DNA from: an uncultured Chloroflexia bacterium
GTDB taxonomy: Bacteria > Chloroflexota > UBA6077 > JACCZL01
Reading direction: 5' to 3'
Assembly: GCA_963765765.1 (NCBI GenBank)
Contig: CAVXYC010000015.1
Span: 544,001-608,000 of the forward strand
Length of the DNA: 64,000 nt
Numbering within the stretch: the first letter of the stretch is position 1; each line of letters opens with the position of its first letter. The notes below the pieces were generated by a model. The model was given only the letters and a program-made list of their open reading frames with translations. It made no database searches and was not told the origin of the DNA. Below, piece after piece: positions 18,926 to 30,751 of the stretch. Made by a program: the position numbers and the translations under genes.

Positions 18926-20535
18926 CCGAGGCGAAGACAGTACTGATCGGCCTCGATGGAGCGACCTTCTCGATTCTCGACCCGTTCATGGCCCGCGGGG
19001 TCATGCCATTCCTACGCGAGTTCCTTGAACGAGGCGTGCGGGCACCACTCCGCAGTGTGGTGCCCGCACTCACCCCACCCGGTTGGACGTCGCTAATGAC
19101 CGGCAAGCGGCCGGGACAACACGGTGTCTTTGACTTCTTTCAAAAGGAATCGCCGGAAAGCCAGTACTTCCGCATTGCTGACTCGCATGACGTCCACAGC
19201 GACACGATTTGGTCAATCGCCAGCGAGCAGGGGCAGCGTGTCACGGCACTCAACTTCCCGATCACTTATCCCGCGCCAATCGTCAATGGCTGCGTCGTTC
19301 CGGGTGGCTGGATGCCCTGGCGGCAGCTCCGGCTGGGCTGCCACCCGCCCGGCCTGTTCGATCGACTGAAGGCTCTCCCGAGCTTCAACGCGCGCGAGCT
19401 AGCTCTGGATATGGCACTCGAAGAGAAGGCCATCGAAGGGTGTGCGGCTGAAGAGTACGCCGACTGGATCACTCTCCACACGCGTCGGGAACAGCGCTGG
19501 TTCGAGCTCCTGCGCTATCTCATGCGCGAGGAGTCCGCGAATCTCACCGGCATCGTCTTCGATGGCGTAGACAAACTTCACCACCTGTGCTGGCGCTTCA
19601 TGGATCCCGCCTGCCAGTCGCCTAAGCCCTCCGACTGGGAACTGGAGATCACGCGACTCTGCGAGCGTTATTTCCGGCAGCTCGACGAGATCATCGCGGA
19701 GATCGTCGCTCTGGCCGGGCCGGAGGCCACCGTGATCATGGCCTCGGACCACGGTGGCGGGCGGACGTCTGAGATCTTCTATCTGAACGCCTGGCTCGAG
19801 CGGGAAGGATACTTATCCTGGACTGACGGCAACAGTGCCCCACCCGACTCGGTGCCCCAGCTTGGCTTCCGAAGCCTTGCTCGCCACGTCTACGAGCTGG
19901 ATTGGAAACGGACGGTGGCCTACGCTGCCACACCCAGTAGCCAGGGCGTCCATATTGTTCGGCGCTCTCCGGACGGCAGTAAAACCATGTCAGACGGTGA
20001 ATATCGTCGGCTCCAGGCTGAGCTTAAAGATGGGCTGCTCGGTGCTAAGGATCCGACCAACAGACGCCCGATCGTGACCGATGTGAGGCTCCGCGAGGAT
20101 GAATTTCCCGGCCCGTACGAAACGCTGGCTCCGGACCTTACGATCGATTTGGCCGACGGTGCGGTCGTCTCGATACTTCAAGCCGACGTGCCGGTCAAAC
20201 GGCGGCCCGAGGTCCTCGGCTCGCATCGCGCCGAGGGAATCTTCGCGGCGGCCGGACCAGGCATCCGCGCCGGTGTCAACCTGGACGAGCTGTCGATCGT
20301 CCAGGTTGCTCCACTTGTTCTCTACAGCCTCGGACTGCCCGTGCCAAGCGATATAACCGGCCGGGTGCCCGTCGAGGCGATCGAACCCGCACAATTGTCG
20401 CTGCGACCCCCGCGATCGGTAGTGAGCTCGCCGTCGATGCAGCCCATTGATACAGCCACACCAGTCGGCGCATGGGATGCCGAAGCGGAAGCGACCGTCA
20501 TGAAGCGACTGCGCGCGCTCGGCTACGTAGATTAG
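18922..20535 (+). CDS. Alkaline-phosphatase superfamily type I phosphodiesterase / nucleotide pyrophosphatase
   Basis: IGLDGATF, LTPPGWTSLMTG, DKLHH, SDHG, C-terminal RLRALGY; GTG overlaps the ACP stop (GTGA). Confidence 0.88.
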   Translation: MTEAKTVLIGLDGATFSILDPFMARGVMPFLREFLERGVRAPLRSVVPALTPPGWTSLMTGKRPGQHGVFDFFQKESPESQYFRIADSHDVHSDTIWSIASEQGQRVTALNFPITYPAPIVNGCVVPGGWMPWRQLRLGCHPPGLFDRLKALPSFNARELALDMALEEKAIEGCAAEEYADWITLHTRREQRWFELLRYLMREESANLTGIVFDGVDKLHHLCWRFMDPACQSPKPSDWELEITRLCERYFRQLDEIIAEIVALAGPEATVIMASDHGGGRTSEIFYLNAWLEREGYLSWTDGNSAPPDSVPQLGFRSLARHVYELDWKRTVAYAATPSSQGVHIVRRSPDGSKTMSDGEYRRLQAELKDGLLGAKDPTNRRPIVTDVRLREDEFPGPYETLAPDLTIDLADGAVVSILQADVPVKRRPEVLGSHRAEGIFAAAGPGIRAGVNLDELSIVQVAPLVLYSLGLPVPSDITGRVPVEAIEPAQLSLRPPRSVVSSPSMQPIDTATPVGAWDAEAEATVMKRLRALGYVD

Positions 20536-20553
20536 ACATCTGAGGGAGAGGGA

Positions 20554-21418
20554 ATGCCCAAGGCTCTTCTTAAGAGTGGTTTGAAGCTGCACTACCAGAT
20601 CACTGGCCAGGGGCCGGATCTGGTGTTGATCCACGGTCTGACGGGCAATCTCGCCATCTGGCACCTGAAGATCATTCCGATGCTCTGGGATCATTTTCGT
20701 GTCCTGAGCTACGATCTGAGGGGCCATGGCTACAGCGATATGCCACCCACCGGCTACACCGCCGGGGACATGGCTACCGACCTCGGCCAGCTCCTGGACG
20801 AACTGGGGATCGAACGGCCCTTCCTCGTCGGACATAGCTTCGGCGCGGATACGGCCCTTTACTTCGCGTTCCGCCACCCGGAACGGGTGAGGCGGGTCAT
20901 CGCGGTCGAAGCGGCGCTTCCCGCGCTAATCAGCCTCCGCAGCCGCGAGGAGTGGGAAGGCTGGGACTTCTGGTGCCGGGTGCTGAAGGAATCCGGCCAC
21001 ACGGTCCCGCCCGAGCGGCGGTGCGATATGGATTATCTCTTACGCACGAGCCTGCAAATGACGAAAAAATGGGGGCCGCTGAACGGTCTTCCGCGCAATC
21101 CGGAGCCATATCTGCGACTGCTCGACACGACCACGATCTCGCGAGATTACGATGTGGTCGGCGAGCTCACCCTCGAAAACATCGGCCGTATCCAACCACC
21201 GGTGGAGCTGATCTACGGTGACGGTTCGGCCTTTCTTGGCAGTTACGATTATCTGGGCGAACACCTGCCCAATGTTACCTCCATCCTCCTTCCCAAGTCG
21301 GATTTAGGGCACTTCGGGCCGTTGGAGCACCCTGAGATGGTGGCCGAGCATATCCTCACGGCCTTCGAAGGACTCGGAGACCGATCTCCGATGCAATGTC
21401 GCGACCAGAACGCGATGA
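20554..21418 (+). CDS. Alpha/beta hydrolase (candidate thioesterase)
   Basis: LIHGL oxyanion motif, YDLRGHG, GHSFG nucleophile, GHFG His; the ORF runs into the next SDR, and the end is inferred at an ATGA overlap. Confidence 0.8.
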
Positions 21419-22312
21419 AAACCGTGATCGAGAGCGGCGGGGCGCGGCCCGGGGACGCCGTCCTGATCACCGGTTGCTCGACCGGGCTGGGGCTCGAGAC
21501 GGCGCTGTATCTGGCCGGACGCGGGCTTACGAGTCTACGCGACGTATGCGAGACTTGAGCAAGCAGTCTCGACGGTGCTGGAGGCGGCGGAGCGGCGACG
21601 GGTCAGCCTGGAGGTGCTTGGACATCGACGTGACCGACCCGGCCAGCATCGACGCCGCGGTCGGCTCGATCGTGGCCGATTCGGTGCCATGTTCGGGCTC
21701 GTGAACAATGCCGGAATCGGACTGCGCGGCTGTCGTCGAGGACCTGACACTCGACGAGATCAGGGGGGTCTTCGAGGCGAACGTGCTCGGCACCTATGCG
21801 GTGACCCAGCGGGTACTCCCGCACATGCGCGAAGCCGGGCGGGGGCGGGTCATCACCATCTCCTCGGTCGCCGGCAAGATCGCCTCGTTCGGCTTGTCCG
21901 CGTATTGCGCTACGCAAGTTCGCCCAGGAGGGCTTCGCCGAGGCGCTCGCACTGGAGATCGAGCCTTTTGGCCTGAAATCCATCCTGGTGGAGCCGGGCA
22001 TCATCAAGACTTCTCGGTGGTTTGAACATCGCGGCACGGCCAAGCACGCGCTCAGCCCTACGAGCCCCTACGCCGGCATGTTCAATCGCCACGAGGAGAT
22101 CGCGGACGAGACTCGTGGAGCGGTCGAGGACGCGGCCGGCGGATGTGGCCAAGGCGGTCCACCGGGCGCTCACAGTGGACCGGCCACGCCTGCGCTACAT
22201 CGTCGGCCGGCCGGCATCCGCCGCGGTTAATTTTCGACGTCACGCGCCCGCCGCCCTCTTTGAGCGGCTGTATTTCGGGACACTGCTCCGCCGTCTCGCC
22301 CAGGAAGGGTGA
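21415..22312 (+). CDS. Short-chain dehydrogenase/reductase (frameshifted)
   Basis: TGCSTGLG, NNAG, ISSVAG, YC..K, EPGIIKT across several frames. Confidence 0.8.
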
Positions 22313-22442
22313 CTTCAGTGACAGTGCGCTCTGGTCACTCGCTTGCAGCCGTACGCCAGCTTCCGGGGGTTGATTAGCCTTCCTTGGCTAGGGACAGCGG
22401 ATGTTCCACTGATAGAGTTAGCCCGGTCACCTGGCATAGCCG

Positions 22443-23351
22443 GTGTCGGTGAACCGACATGAGGGCAGTGGGGCGCGCCCCGGGGACGCCGTCCTGATCA
22501 CGGGCTGCTCGACCGGGCTGGGGATGGAGACGGCGCTGTGTCTGGCCGAGCGTGGCCTACGAGTCTACGCGAGCATGCGTGACCTCGACCGGAAGGATGC
22601 ACTTCTGGAGGCGGCAGAACGGCGTCGGGTCAGCCTGGAGGTGCTTCAGCTCGACGTGACCGACCCGGCCAGCATCGAGGCCGCGATCGCCACCGCCGCG
22701 GCGGACAGCCTCTACGGCCTGGTCAACAACGCCGGCATCGGCCTGCGCGGCTGTCTGGAGGATCTGGCGCTCGACGAGATCCGCCGGGTCTTCGAGGTCA
22801 ACGTGCTCGGCGCGATGGCCGTCACCCAGCAGGTGCTGCCCCACCTGCGCACCGCCGGCCGCGGGCGCGTGGTGACCATCTCCTCAGTCGCCGGCAAGAT
22901 CGCCTCCTCGGTGCCTCCGCGTACTGCGCGAGCAAGTTCGCGCTGGAGGGCTTCGGCGAGGCGCTCGCCCTGGAGATCGCGCCGTTCGGGCTGAAATCTA
23001 TCCTGATCGAGCCCGGCATCGTCAAGACACCGCTCTTCACAACGAACCGCGGCATCGCACAGAATGCTCTGAACTCTGTTAGCCCCTACAGCAAGATGTT
23101 CCAACGGTATGAGATGCTCTCGAACGATATGGTGGAGCGGTCGAAGACGCGACCGGCGGATGTGGCGGAGGCAGTCCACCGGGCGCTCACAGTGGACCGG
23201 CCGGCGCCTGCGCTACCTCGTCGGCCGGACCGCCTCCGTCGGTGTATCCCTGCGGCGGTACTTGCCCGGTGAGACTTTCGAGCGGCTCTACTTCGGGTCC
23301 CTGCTCCGCCGCCTCACTCGCGGAAGGCAGCAGCATCGTGTCACGACCTGA
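22443..23351 (+). CDS. Short-chain dehydrogenase/reductase, paralog of the previous gene (frameshifted)
   Basis: TGCSTGLG, NNAGIG, YCASK, EPGIVKT; strong DNA similarity to 21415-22312. Confidence 0.82.
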
Positions 23352-23501
23352 GCTCAACCTGCCGGCGAGACAGGGATGAGCCGCGTCGCGAGGGAGCAGG
23401 ATCCAGGCTCCGGCGAGTAGCCGCGATCGATAAGCGAGCACGGCCAGCGGCCGATCAAGCTAGCTGACACAACGCGAATCCCGAAAGGAAAGAGGACTGG
23501 A

Positions 23502-24815
23502 GTGGCTCGATTCCTACTCACCATCTGGCCGTATGTGGGGCACGTGTACCCGTTCCTCAGTGTCGCCGAGGCATTGCGGTCGCGCGGCCACGAAGTTGCG
23601 TTCTACACCGGCGAGCGCGCCCGGTCCCTGCTCAAGCACGAGGGCTTTGGTCTCTTCCCATTGCGAAACGTTGACGAGAACAGAATCTGGGATCTCGTCA
23701 TCGAGATGGAGCGTGGCTCACCGGTCGATCGGCAGTCGCTCCGGCTGAAGCAACGAATATTCCGTGAGCTTCTGGTTGAGACTATTCCCGATCAAGTCAC
23801 CGATCTCCAATCGATCATCGCCGATTGGAGCCCCGACGTTGTGGTAACCGAAACAATGGTGTGGGGTCCCACAGTCGTGCTCAGAGAGACGCTCGGACTC
23901 CGCGTCGCACTGCTCTCGACCTTGATGGGCTGCCAGATTCCTGGCCCGGATGCGCCACCGCCGGGACTTGGACTGCCGCCACCTCGCACGCTGAAGACGC
24001 GACTGACCGCTCGAGCGGCCACGTTCGTGACCGACCTCGTGGCCGCCGGTCTGCGGCGACGCGTTGATCAGATTCGTGCCGGTTACGGCCTGCCGGCCCT
24101 TGGCTGCTCGGTGAATGCCTCCACCGCCCGGCTGCCACTCTGCATCATCCCGAGCCTGCCGGAGCTCGACTACAACCGCGGGGACCTTCCACACACGGTC
24201 CATTATGTTGGGCCCTGCGTCCGGAACAAGCCGTCCGAGGAACCCTCGCCTACCTGGTTGGACGAGTTGCCTGGGGACCGCCCCATCGTCCACGTGACGG
24301 AGGGCACGGCACATTACCAGGATCCGTTCGTCCTTCGTGCGGCCGCTCGCGGACTCGCGAACCTTCCCATCGAGGCGATCCTCACCACTGGACCACAACG
24401 GGACCCGGCCGAGCTTGGACTCGGGCAGTAGTCCTCCAACGTGCGACTCCAGCGCTGGGTGAGTCACGCTGACTTGCTGCCTCGTTGTGCCGTGCTGGTG
24501 ACCACTGGCGGCGCCGGGACCGTCATGGCCTCACTGCAGGCCGGCGTGCCGATGGTGGTCGTGCCTACCCACTGGGACAAAGTGGACAACGCCCAACGCA
24601 TCGTCGAGTCCGGCGCAGGTCTCCGTGTGGCACCTCATCAATGCACGCCAGATCGTCTCCGCGCCGCGGTCAATCGAGTGCTTGCGGAGCCAAGCTTCCG
24701 AGACAACGCTCGGCGACTCGCCCGCCGCCTAACAGAAACACCGGGTCCGCCCCGGGCGGCGGAACTCCTCGAAATACTGGCATCGGATGTGCCCATGCAT
24801 GTCCCTGTGGTATAA
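23502..24815 (+). CDS. GT1 (MGT/UGT-like) glycosyltransferase with in-frame TAG at 24429-24431
   Basis: GHVYP N-terminal motif, VHVTEGT; the same frame continues NVRLQRWVSHADLL..TTGGAGT..GVPMVVVP..D. Confidence 0.85.
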
Positions 24816-24885
24816 GGATGGGCTGCAATGCTCGGATGGTTCGTTTTATTTCGCGGCGAAAACTTTCAAGATAATCGGAGAAGCA

Positions 24886-27398
24886 ATGAGACATCGTGTT
24901 AGGGCGTGGACGCTTGCGGCGATCGTGCCATTGGTTGCACTGCTACTGTTCCAGGCAGCGCCTGGCCAGGCAGTCAACATCTTCGGACCATTCACGAAGA
25001 TCAATGAGACGGGTTTTGGCGACCCAGCGAATGACTTTGCTTGGTCGATGGCATGGTTCAAGGGCAAACTGTATGTCGGGGTCAGTCGCAACCAACTCTG
25101 CCAGGAGCGAGCGACGTACGAGTTTTACTACCCAGGGACCGGGCAGTATATTACCTCTCCCATGCCGGGCGTCACGTGCCCAGCTGATATGTATGACATG
25201 GATCTTGGAGCCGAGATCTGGCGCTACGACCCCGCGACCAGCGCCTGGACGCGAGTGTATCAATCGCCTAAAGACCTCGACAATCCGAAAGCCCCCGGGA
25301 AGAAGCTGCCGCGCGACTCCGGCTTCCGGGGAATGGGAGTGCTCAACGATACGCTCTACGTGGGCGGTATCACCACCAGGGAATGGATCAACGGGACGGT
25401 CACGACAGCCTCGCCCCCCAATCTGCTTCCGGGGCCGCGTCTGCTGAAGTCCACGGACGGCACCAACTTCGAGCCTATCGAGTTCAACGGCACCGTGCAG
25501 AACAACTGGAACCAATATGGCGTGTTCACCGAATATCCGATGGGCTTTCGCGTGGTGCTTCCTCACCAGGGACGGCTGTTCCTCACGACCAGCCTCAGCC
25601 TAACTGGCGATGGACCGATCGTGGAGTTTAACCCTTCAACGAACACCTTCACACAGGTCAGTCCCCCGAACCTCAGGCCCTTTGAGCTGGAGAGCTTCAA
25701 CAATCAGCTCTACGCGGGAACGGGCGACGACAAGACCGGCTATGGGGTGTGGAGATCGAATGCGGTCGCGACCGGTAGCTCGGGATACTTCTCCTTCACG
25801 CCTATTCTGACCGGCGGTGCGGCCGAGGCGCGAATATCACTTCGGTAGTCAGTATGCAACCCCACCAGGGTCGGCTCTACGTGGGCAGCAGTGGCTGGTA
25901 CAATAATTCACTCTTCCCAGCTTCTGAGCTCATTCGCGTGAACCCAAATGACACCTGGGACGTTGTCGTCGGCAACTGTCGCATCGTCGGGATCACCGGC
26001 AAGTGTCCGATCAGTGGGATGTCCGACGGCTACGGCAACATCTTCAATGCCCACTTCTGGCGGCAGCAGAGCCATGGGCCGACGCCCAGCACGGCCGCAC
26101 TCTATGTCGGCACCAACGATATCAGCTACCTCTACAACCTCGGCCTCAACCTCTTCGCATCCGAGAATGGATTCGATATGTACTCGAGTCTGGATGGCAG
26201 GTATTGGTTTCAGGAAACGCGGACGGGGTTTGGGCGCCCGAACAACTTCGGTGCCCGGACATTCGCCTCCGCGAGTACTGGAGCCGGACCCGCAGCCTCT
26301 TCGTGGGGAGCGCCAACCATGCGACCGCGACGGAGGTCTTCCGTGGTGCGACTGTTGCGTGTGCCACGGCGAGCGACAGCGCGCCTGGGCCGGACAAGCC
26401 GAAGAAGCCGAGGGAGAGCCTCCTCGACCTAGCCAGCCCGCTGCTAGGTGCACAGGCCTGGTTAGCTACTCAGACCGGGGACTCGCCGGTAGCGAATGCC
26501 GCCCCTGAAGCCGGGCCCACTGGGCTCCAGCGGGATCGGTCTGCTCTCCAGGGGCCAACCGAGCTGGAGGCCCGAGGTGCAGGGAGGGGTGCCAATCTTG
26601 TCCTGGATTCCCGCACCGGGGGCGACTCGGTACGAGATCTTCCGCGCTACCTACCATCGCGCCAAAGACGCCAATGTCCGTCGGGCTCAGAACGCGCCGG
26701 TACCACCTGAGAATGCTCGCCGACTAGGCGTGCCTGAGCTACCGTACAGCACGCCACCGGACGATGCCTGGATTGCCGGAGATTACAATCAGATCGGGAC
26801 CACCACGGAGACGTTCTTCCAGGATCGCAGCGCAAAGGACGACATCCAGTACGCCTACTACGTGCAGTCCGCGGGTCGGGGTGGAGACGACTCCGCCTCG
26901 TCCAATATGGTGATCGTGCCGTCCCTGGCCCCAGTGACCACTTTTGATCTGGTCGAATCGAAGATCAAAGATCTGGCTGACCACGGACAGATCAAGGATG
27001 GGGCCGTCGACGCGCACCGCAAGCTCCTGAGCGAGGGCAAGTCGGCCGCCGCGGCGGGCGATCTGCCCGGCGCGCGCGGGAAGTTGGAGGCCCTTAATCG
27101 CCAGGTAAATCAGAATCCGGGTAATGCGCTGGATACTCTGGCCGCTGAAGACCTGGATCTCGCGGTGTCGAGCTTGACTCGGCGGGTCAGGCTGGCTGAA
27201 GCTGGTGTCCTTACCCTCGAAGGGGTTCCGCAGGGGCAGCCGACTCTGACCCCAACGGCAACATCGACGTCCACTAGTCTTACCCCGACTTCAACGTCGA
27301 CGACCCCTACCCCGACTTCAACGTCGACGACCCCTACGCCGGCGCCACAACAGCCGACAGCAACGGCAACCGGGACACCCCGGGGACCGGGACGCTAG
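24886..27398 (+). CDS. Secreted beta-propeller-like protein with Fn3-like domain, helical (FIMAH-like) domain and Thr/Pro-rich tail (frameshifted)
   Basis: GGAG plus ATG, signal peptide, repeated F.G.LYVG blades, LSW.P..GATRYEIFR...YAYYV, TPTSTSTTP tail; ORFs 24787-25848, 25854-26432, 26496-27398. Confidence 0.7.
27281..27337 (+). repeat. 27-bp tandem repeat (x2) encoding TPTSTSTTP
   Basis: taccccgacttcaacgtcgacgacccc twice. Confidence 0.85.
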
Positions 27399-27547
27399 AT
27401 TTGCCACTTGGTCGGCCGGGCTTGAACTAAGAGATCCAGCCCGGCCAACGCGCATCCTCCTGCGTCCGGACCCACCACGTATGCAGGGGCGCCTGATCGA
27501 CTTCCCTATCCAGGGTCTCGGCATCCCACCGGCCTCGCGCCGCTGGG

Positions 27548-29064
27548 GTGCCCCCGGGCGGCAGATCATCGTCCGTGAGCTACACCGCGGTGGCAATGGA
27601 GGACTCTCTGGCCAGCATGATAGGCGAACGATCGGTACCACGACTCGGCCTGCTCGCGAGGGTGCTGTACGGCGTCGGAGAAATTACCGACTCGGTGAAG
27701 ATGGCGATCTTCGGAATCTTCGTCTTCTTCTTCTACACCACGGTCGTGGGACTCCCCGCTACACTTGTCGGCATCGCTTCCGGCATCGGTCTGGTCTGGG
27801 ATGCTGCTATTGATCCTTTCATCGGGTATTTCTCGGACCGCGTGCGTGTCCGCTTCGGTCGGCGCCATAGCTTCATGCTCGTCGGCGGGTCGACAGTGGG
27901 GCTCTTGTTCTGGGCCCTTTTTAGCCCTCCGCGAGATCTTCCAACCGAGGCGCTCTTCGCGTGGCTGCTGATTTCCAGCTTGCTGGTGCGTCTGGCTAGC
28001 TCGGTTTTCTTCATCCCGTATCGGGCGCTGGGAGCCGAGCTCAGCGGCGGCTATCACGACCGAACCACTCTGACCGGTGTACGCGCTGCCTGTGGTCTGC
28101 TGGGGGCGATGCTTGCCGCCAGTCTGTCATTCAGCCTCTTCTTTCCAAACCGCGTGCCCGGTCAGGATCCCAAGCTGGACTATGCTGGGTATCCCATCAT
28201 GGGGCTGGTGTTCGGGCTGGCGATGTCGCTGGCAGCGCTCGTCGCCACGGCGGCCACACTGCGATGGCGTTCAAACCTGCCGACGTCCGAAAGCACCCTA
28301 ACCGGGAACACACCTGGTTTCGCGTCGGGGACGATCGGCGCACTAAGGCACACCTCATTCCGGGTGTTATTCTTGTCCTTTTCCTTAATATTTCTCGGTC
28401 TTGTGATCACCGATACACTGTTTATTCACTATCTCACCTACTACGTGGAGATCATCGATAGCAGTGCTCTGAGCGGGTTGCAAGCAGTCTTTTACACGGC
28501 GGCGATCCTGGGTGTCCCAGTGTGGCTTCGGATCTCGAGAACGGCCGAGAAGCGAACCCTCTACCTGTTGGCCACCATCGCCACGGCGCTGCTCATACTG
28601 AGCGCTTTCTTGCTCCTGGGCAACGGCCGGCGATTCGGGACCGGCGACGCGCGGCCACTTATGGTCGGTCGAGCCATCGGTGGCTTCTTCGGCAGTCTCT
28701 TCTGGATATTGCCCACGTCGATGCTTGCGGACGTCGCCGACGAGGATACCTTGGCCACGGGCCAGCGCCGCCAAGGCATCTTCTTCGGCCTATTCAGCTT
28801 CGGCCAGCAGTTCGCCACCGGACTATCAGTGCTTATCGTCGGGGTCCTGATGGAGAGGTTTGCCGGGCTTGCGCCCGGGGAGGCTACCCAATCTCCGCGA
28901 CATCTGAGCGAATCGGTTTGCTCTTCAGTGTGCTACCGGCCGGGTTGTTGTTCGTCGGGGCTCTCCTTGTGACACCCTACGCTTTAGATCGTAGGCGAGT
29001 CTCGGCTATTCAGGCTCAGCTCCCACGGCCGGAGAGCACCGCGGCGGCGGCGACCGAAGTCTGA
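27548..29064 (+). CDS. MFS transporter, GPH/MelB-like family (frameshift near 28900)
   Basis: WDAAIDPFIGYFSDR..FGRR, IPYRALGAEL..YHDRT, SMLADVADED..RRQGIFFG; about 12 TM segments. Confidence 0.88.
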
Positions 29065-29561
29065 TGACGAGGCGAAGCGGGAGCGATTCACGACCGGACA
29101 ATGCAGGCCCGTGCGTGGAGGTGGCAGCATGGGCGCAGGGATTGTGCTCCTGCACCTGGCGGGCGCCGAAATGGCTCGCCAGCATCCTGGTCGCGTGCGA
29201 ACCAGCGTCTGGCCAGCGCCGCTGATCTTGCCACGTCTCACCAGCGGCCGCAGTCTGCGGCTCGGTTGGGTTGTTTATCGGCAGTTCTTGAGCCGAGTGA
29301 GGACACGACCGCTCTGATGAGCGGCTCCATTCTGACATCGGGTTGTTCCGCGAGCGGGTCATTGGGCGGCCATTGCGGCCATATCAGCTCGATCCGGCCC
29401 GTCGAATGCCGTGTGCCAAATTGGCACGCCGCTTGATGACAACTGGCATTGTGAGCTAAACGTGGCCGGGCCGAAGATCGAGAGGCGTCATGCTAATCCA
29501 CAATCCGCGTGGCGCAGACCGACCGGACGCGTCGGAATATGCTCGATTGAGGACGAATTTG

Positions 29562-30737
29562 ATGCGACATCGCAACGGAATTGCTCTCGCAATCCTGAGT
29601 CTGGGGCTGACGCTTATTGCTGTTATGCTCCTTACTGGCCCGCGAGAGGCGGAGGCCGCAGCGCTGGCCACCTCCTGCGATATCAAGGTGGCGCGCAAGC
29701 TCGCCGACGGCGGAGAGCCGGCCTGGTCCCCGGACGGTCAGCAGCTGGCCTACCACCGCTGGGACGACGACGGCGTCTACCAGCTGCGGATAATGGGCGC
29801 GGATGGCTCCAATGACCGCTGCCTGTCGTGCGCCGCCGCGCCTGGCTCCCCCTCAGGTTGACCGCCATAAGGTGCACCCAACGTGGCACGCCTCTGGCCG
29901 CTTTATGGTGGTGCAGGGTGAGATGGGCGGGAACGTGCTGTCCGGGGACCGCTCGAAGCTGGCCTCGGAGCTGTTCATCAATGGCATGTGGATGAACTTG
30001 TATGCCGTCACCCCCGACGGCCAGCAGTGGCACCGCTTGACTGACTACATCGCCATCGGCGCCAACGGGGCGATGATGCCGTACTTCTCCGCCGATGGCT
30101 CCAAGCTGCTCTGGTCCCGCCTGGTTCGGGCGGCATCCGCATGGGAACCGTGGGGCGCGTATCGTCTCATGCTGGCCGACTTCGTCATTGACAGCAGCGG
30201 CAAGCCGAGCTTGCAGAACATCCGCGGACCTCACCCCATCGTGGGGCGGCAGCTTCTTCGAGTCGCACGGGTTTTCCCCCGATGGGAAAGCAGCCATCTT
30301 CGCCTCCGATCGGGAAGCGCGAGACAAGTGGGGGATGGAGATCTGGACGATGGACCTCGCCAGTAGGGCACTGACGAACCTAACCAAGAGTCACCATTTT
30401 GAGGAGCACGCCAGGTACTCCCCGGACGGGAAGAAGATTGCCTTCATGTCCAGCGCACCTTACGACTGGCTGTTCATCACGTACCAGACTGAGTTGATGC
30501 TAATGAATCCCGATGGCTCGAATAAGCGGATGCTGACGCACTTTAACGTGTCCGGTCTTCCCCGATTCCGCAATCGACGGCGATCGGAATCGCTCGATGC
30601 CCATGAAGCCGGCCTGGAGTGCGGATGGCACGCGGATGGCCCTGACCCGCCAGCTCTCGGACTCGAACTACCCGACCCGCCAGCTCTGGCTGTTGACCTT
30701 CAACGGCCCCTGCGGCACCGATCAAAGCAGCGTATAA
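29562..30737 (+). CDS. Secreted TolB-like / PD40-repeat beta-propeller protein (frameshifted)
   Basis: Signal peptide, PAWSPDGQQLAY, FSADGSKLLW, FSPDGKAAIFAS, YSPDGKKIAFMS; TAA at 30735-30737. Confidence 0.75.
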
Positions 30738-30751
30738 GGTATCCTCGGTGG

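Noticed and set aside
27281-27337. Possible CRISPR repeat
   Set aside because: Two adjacent copies with no spacer, in frame within a Thr/Pro linker; no cas genes
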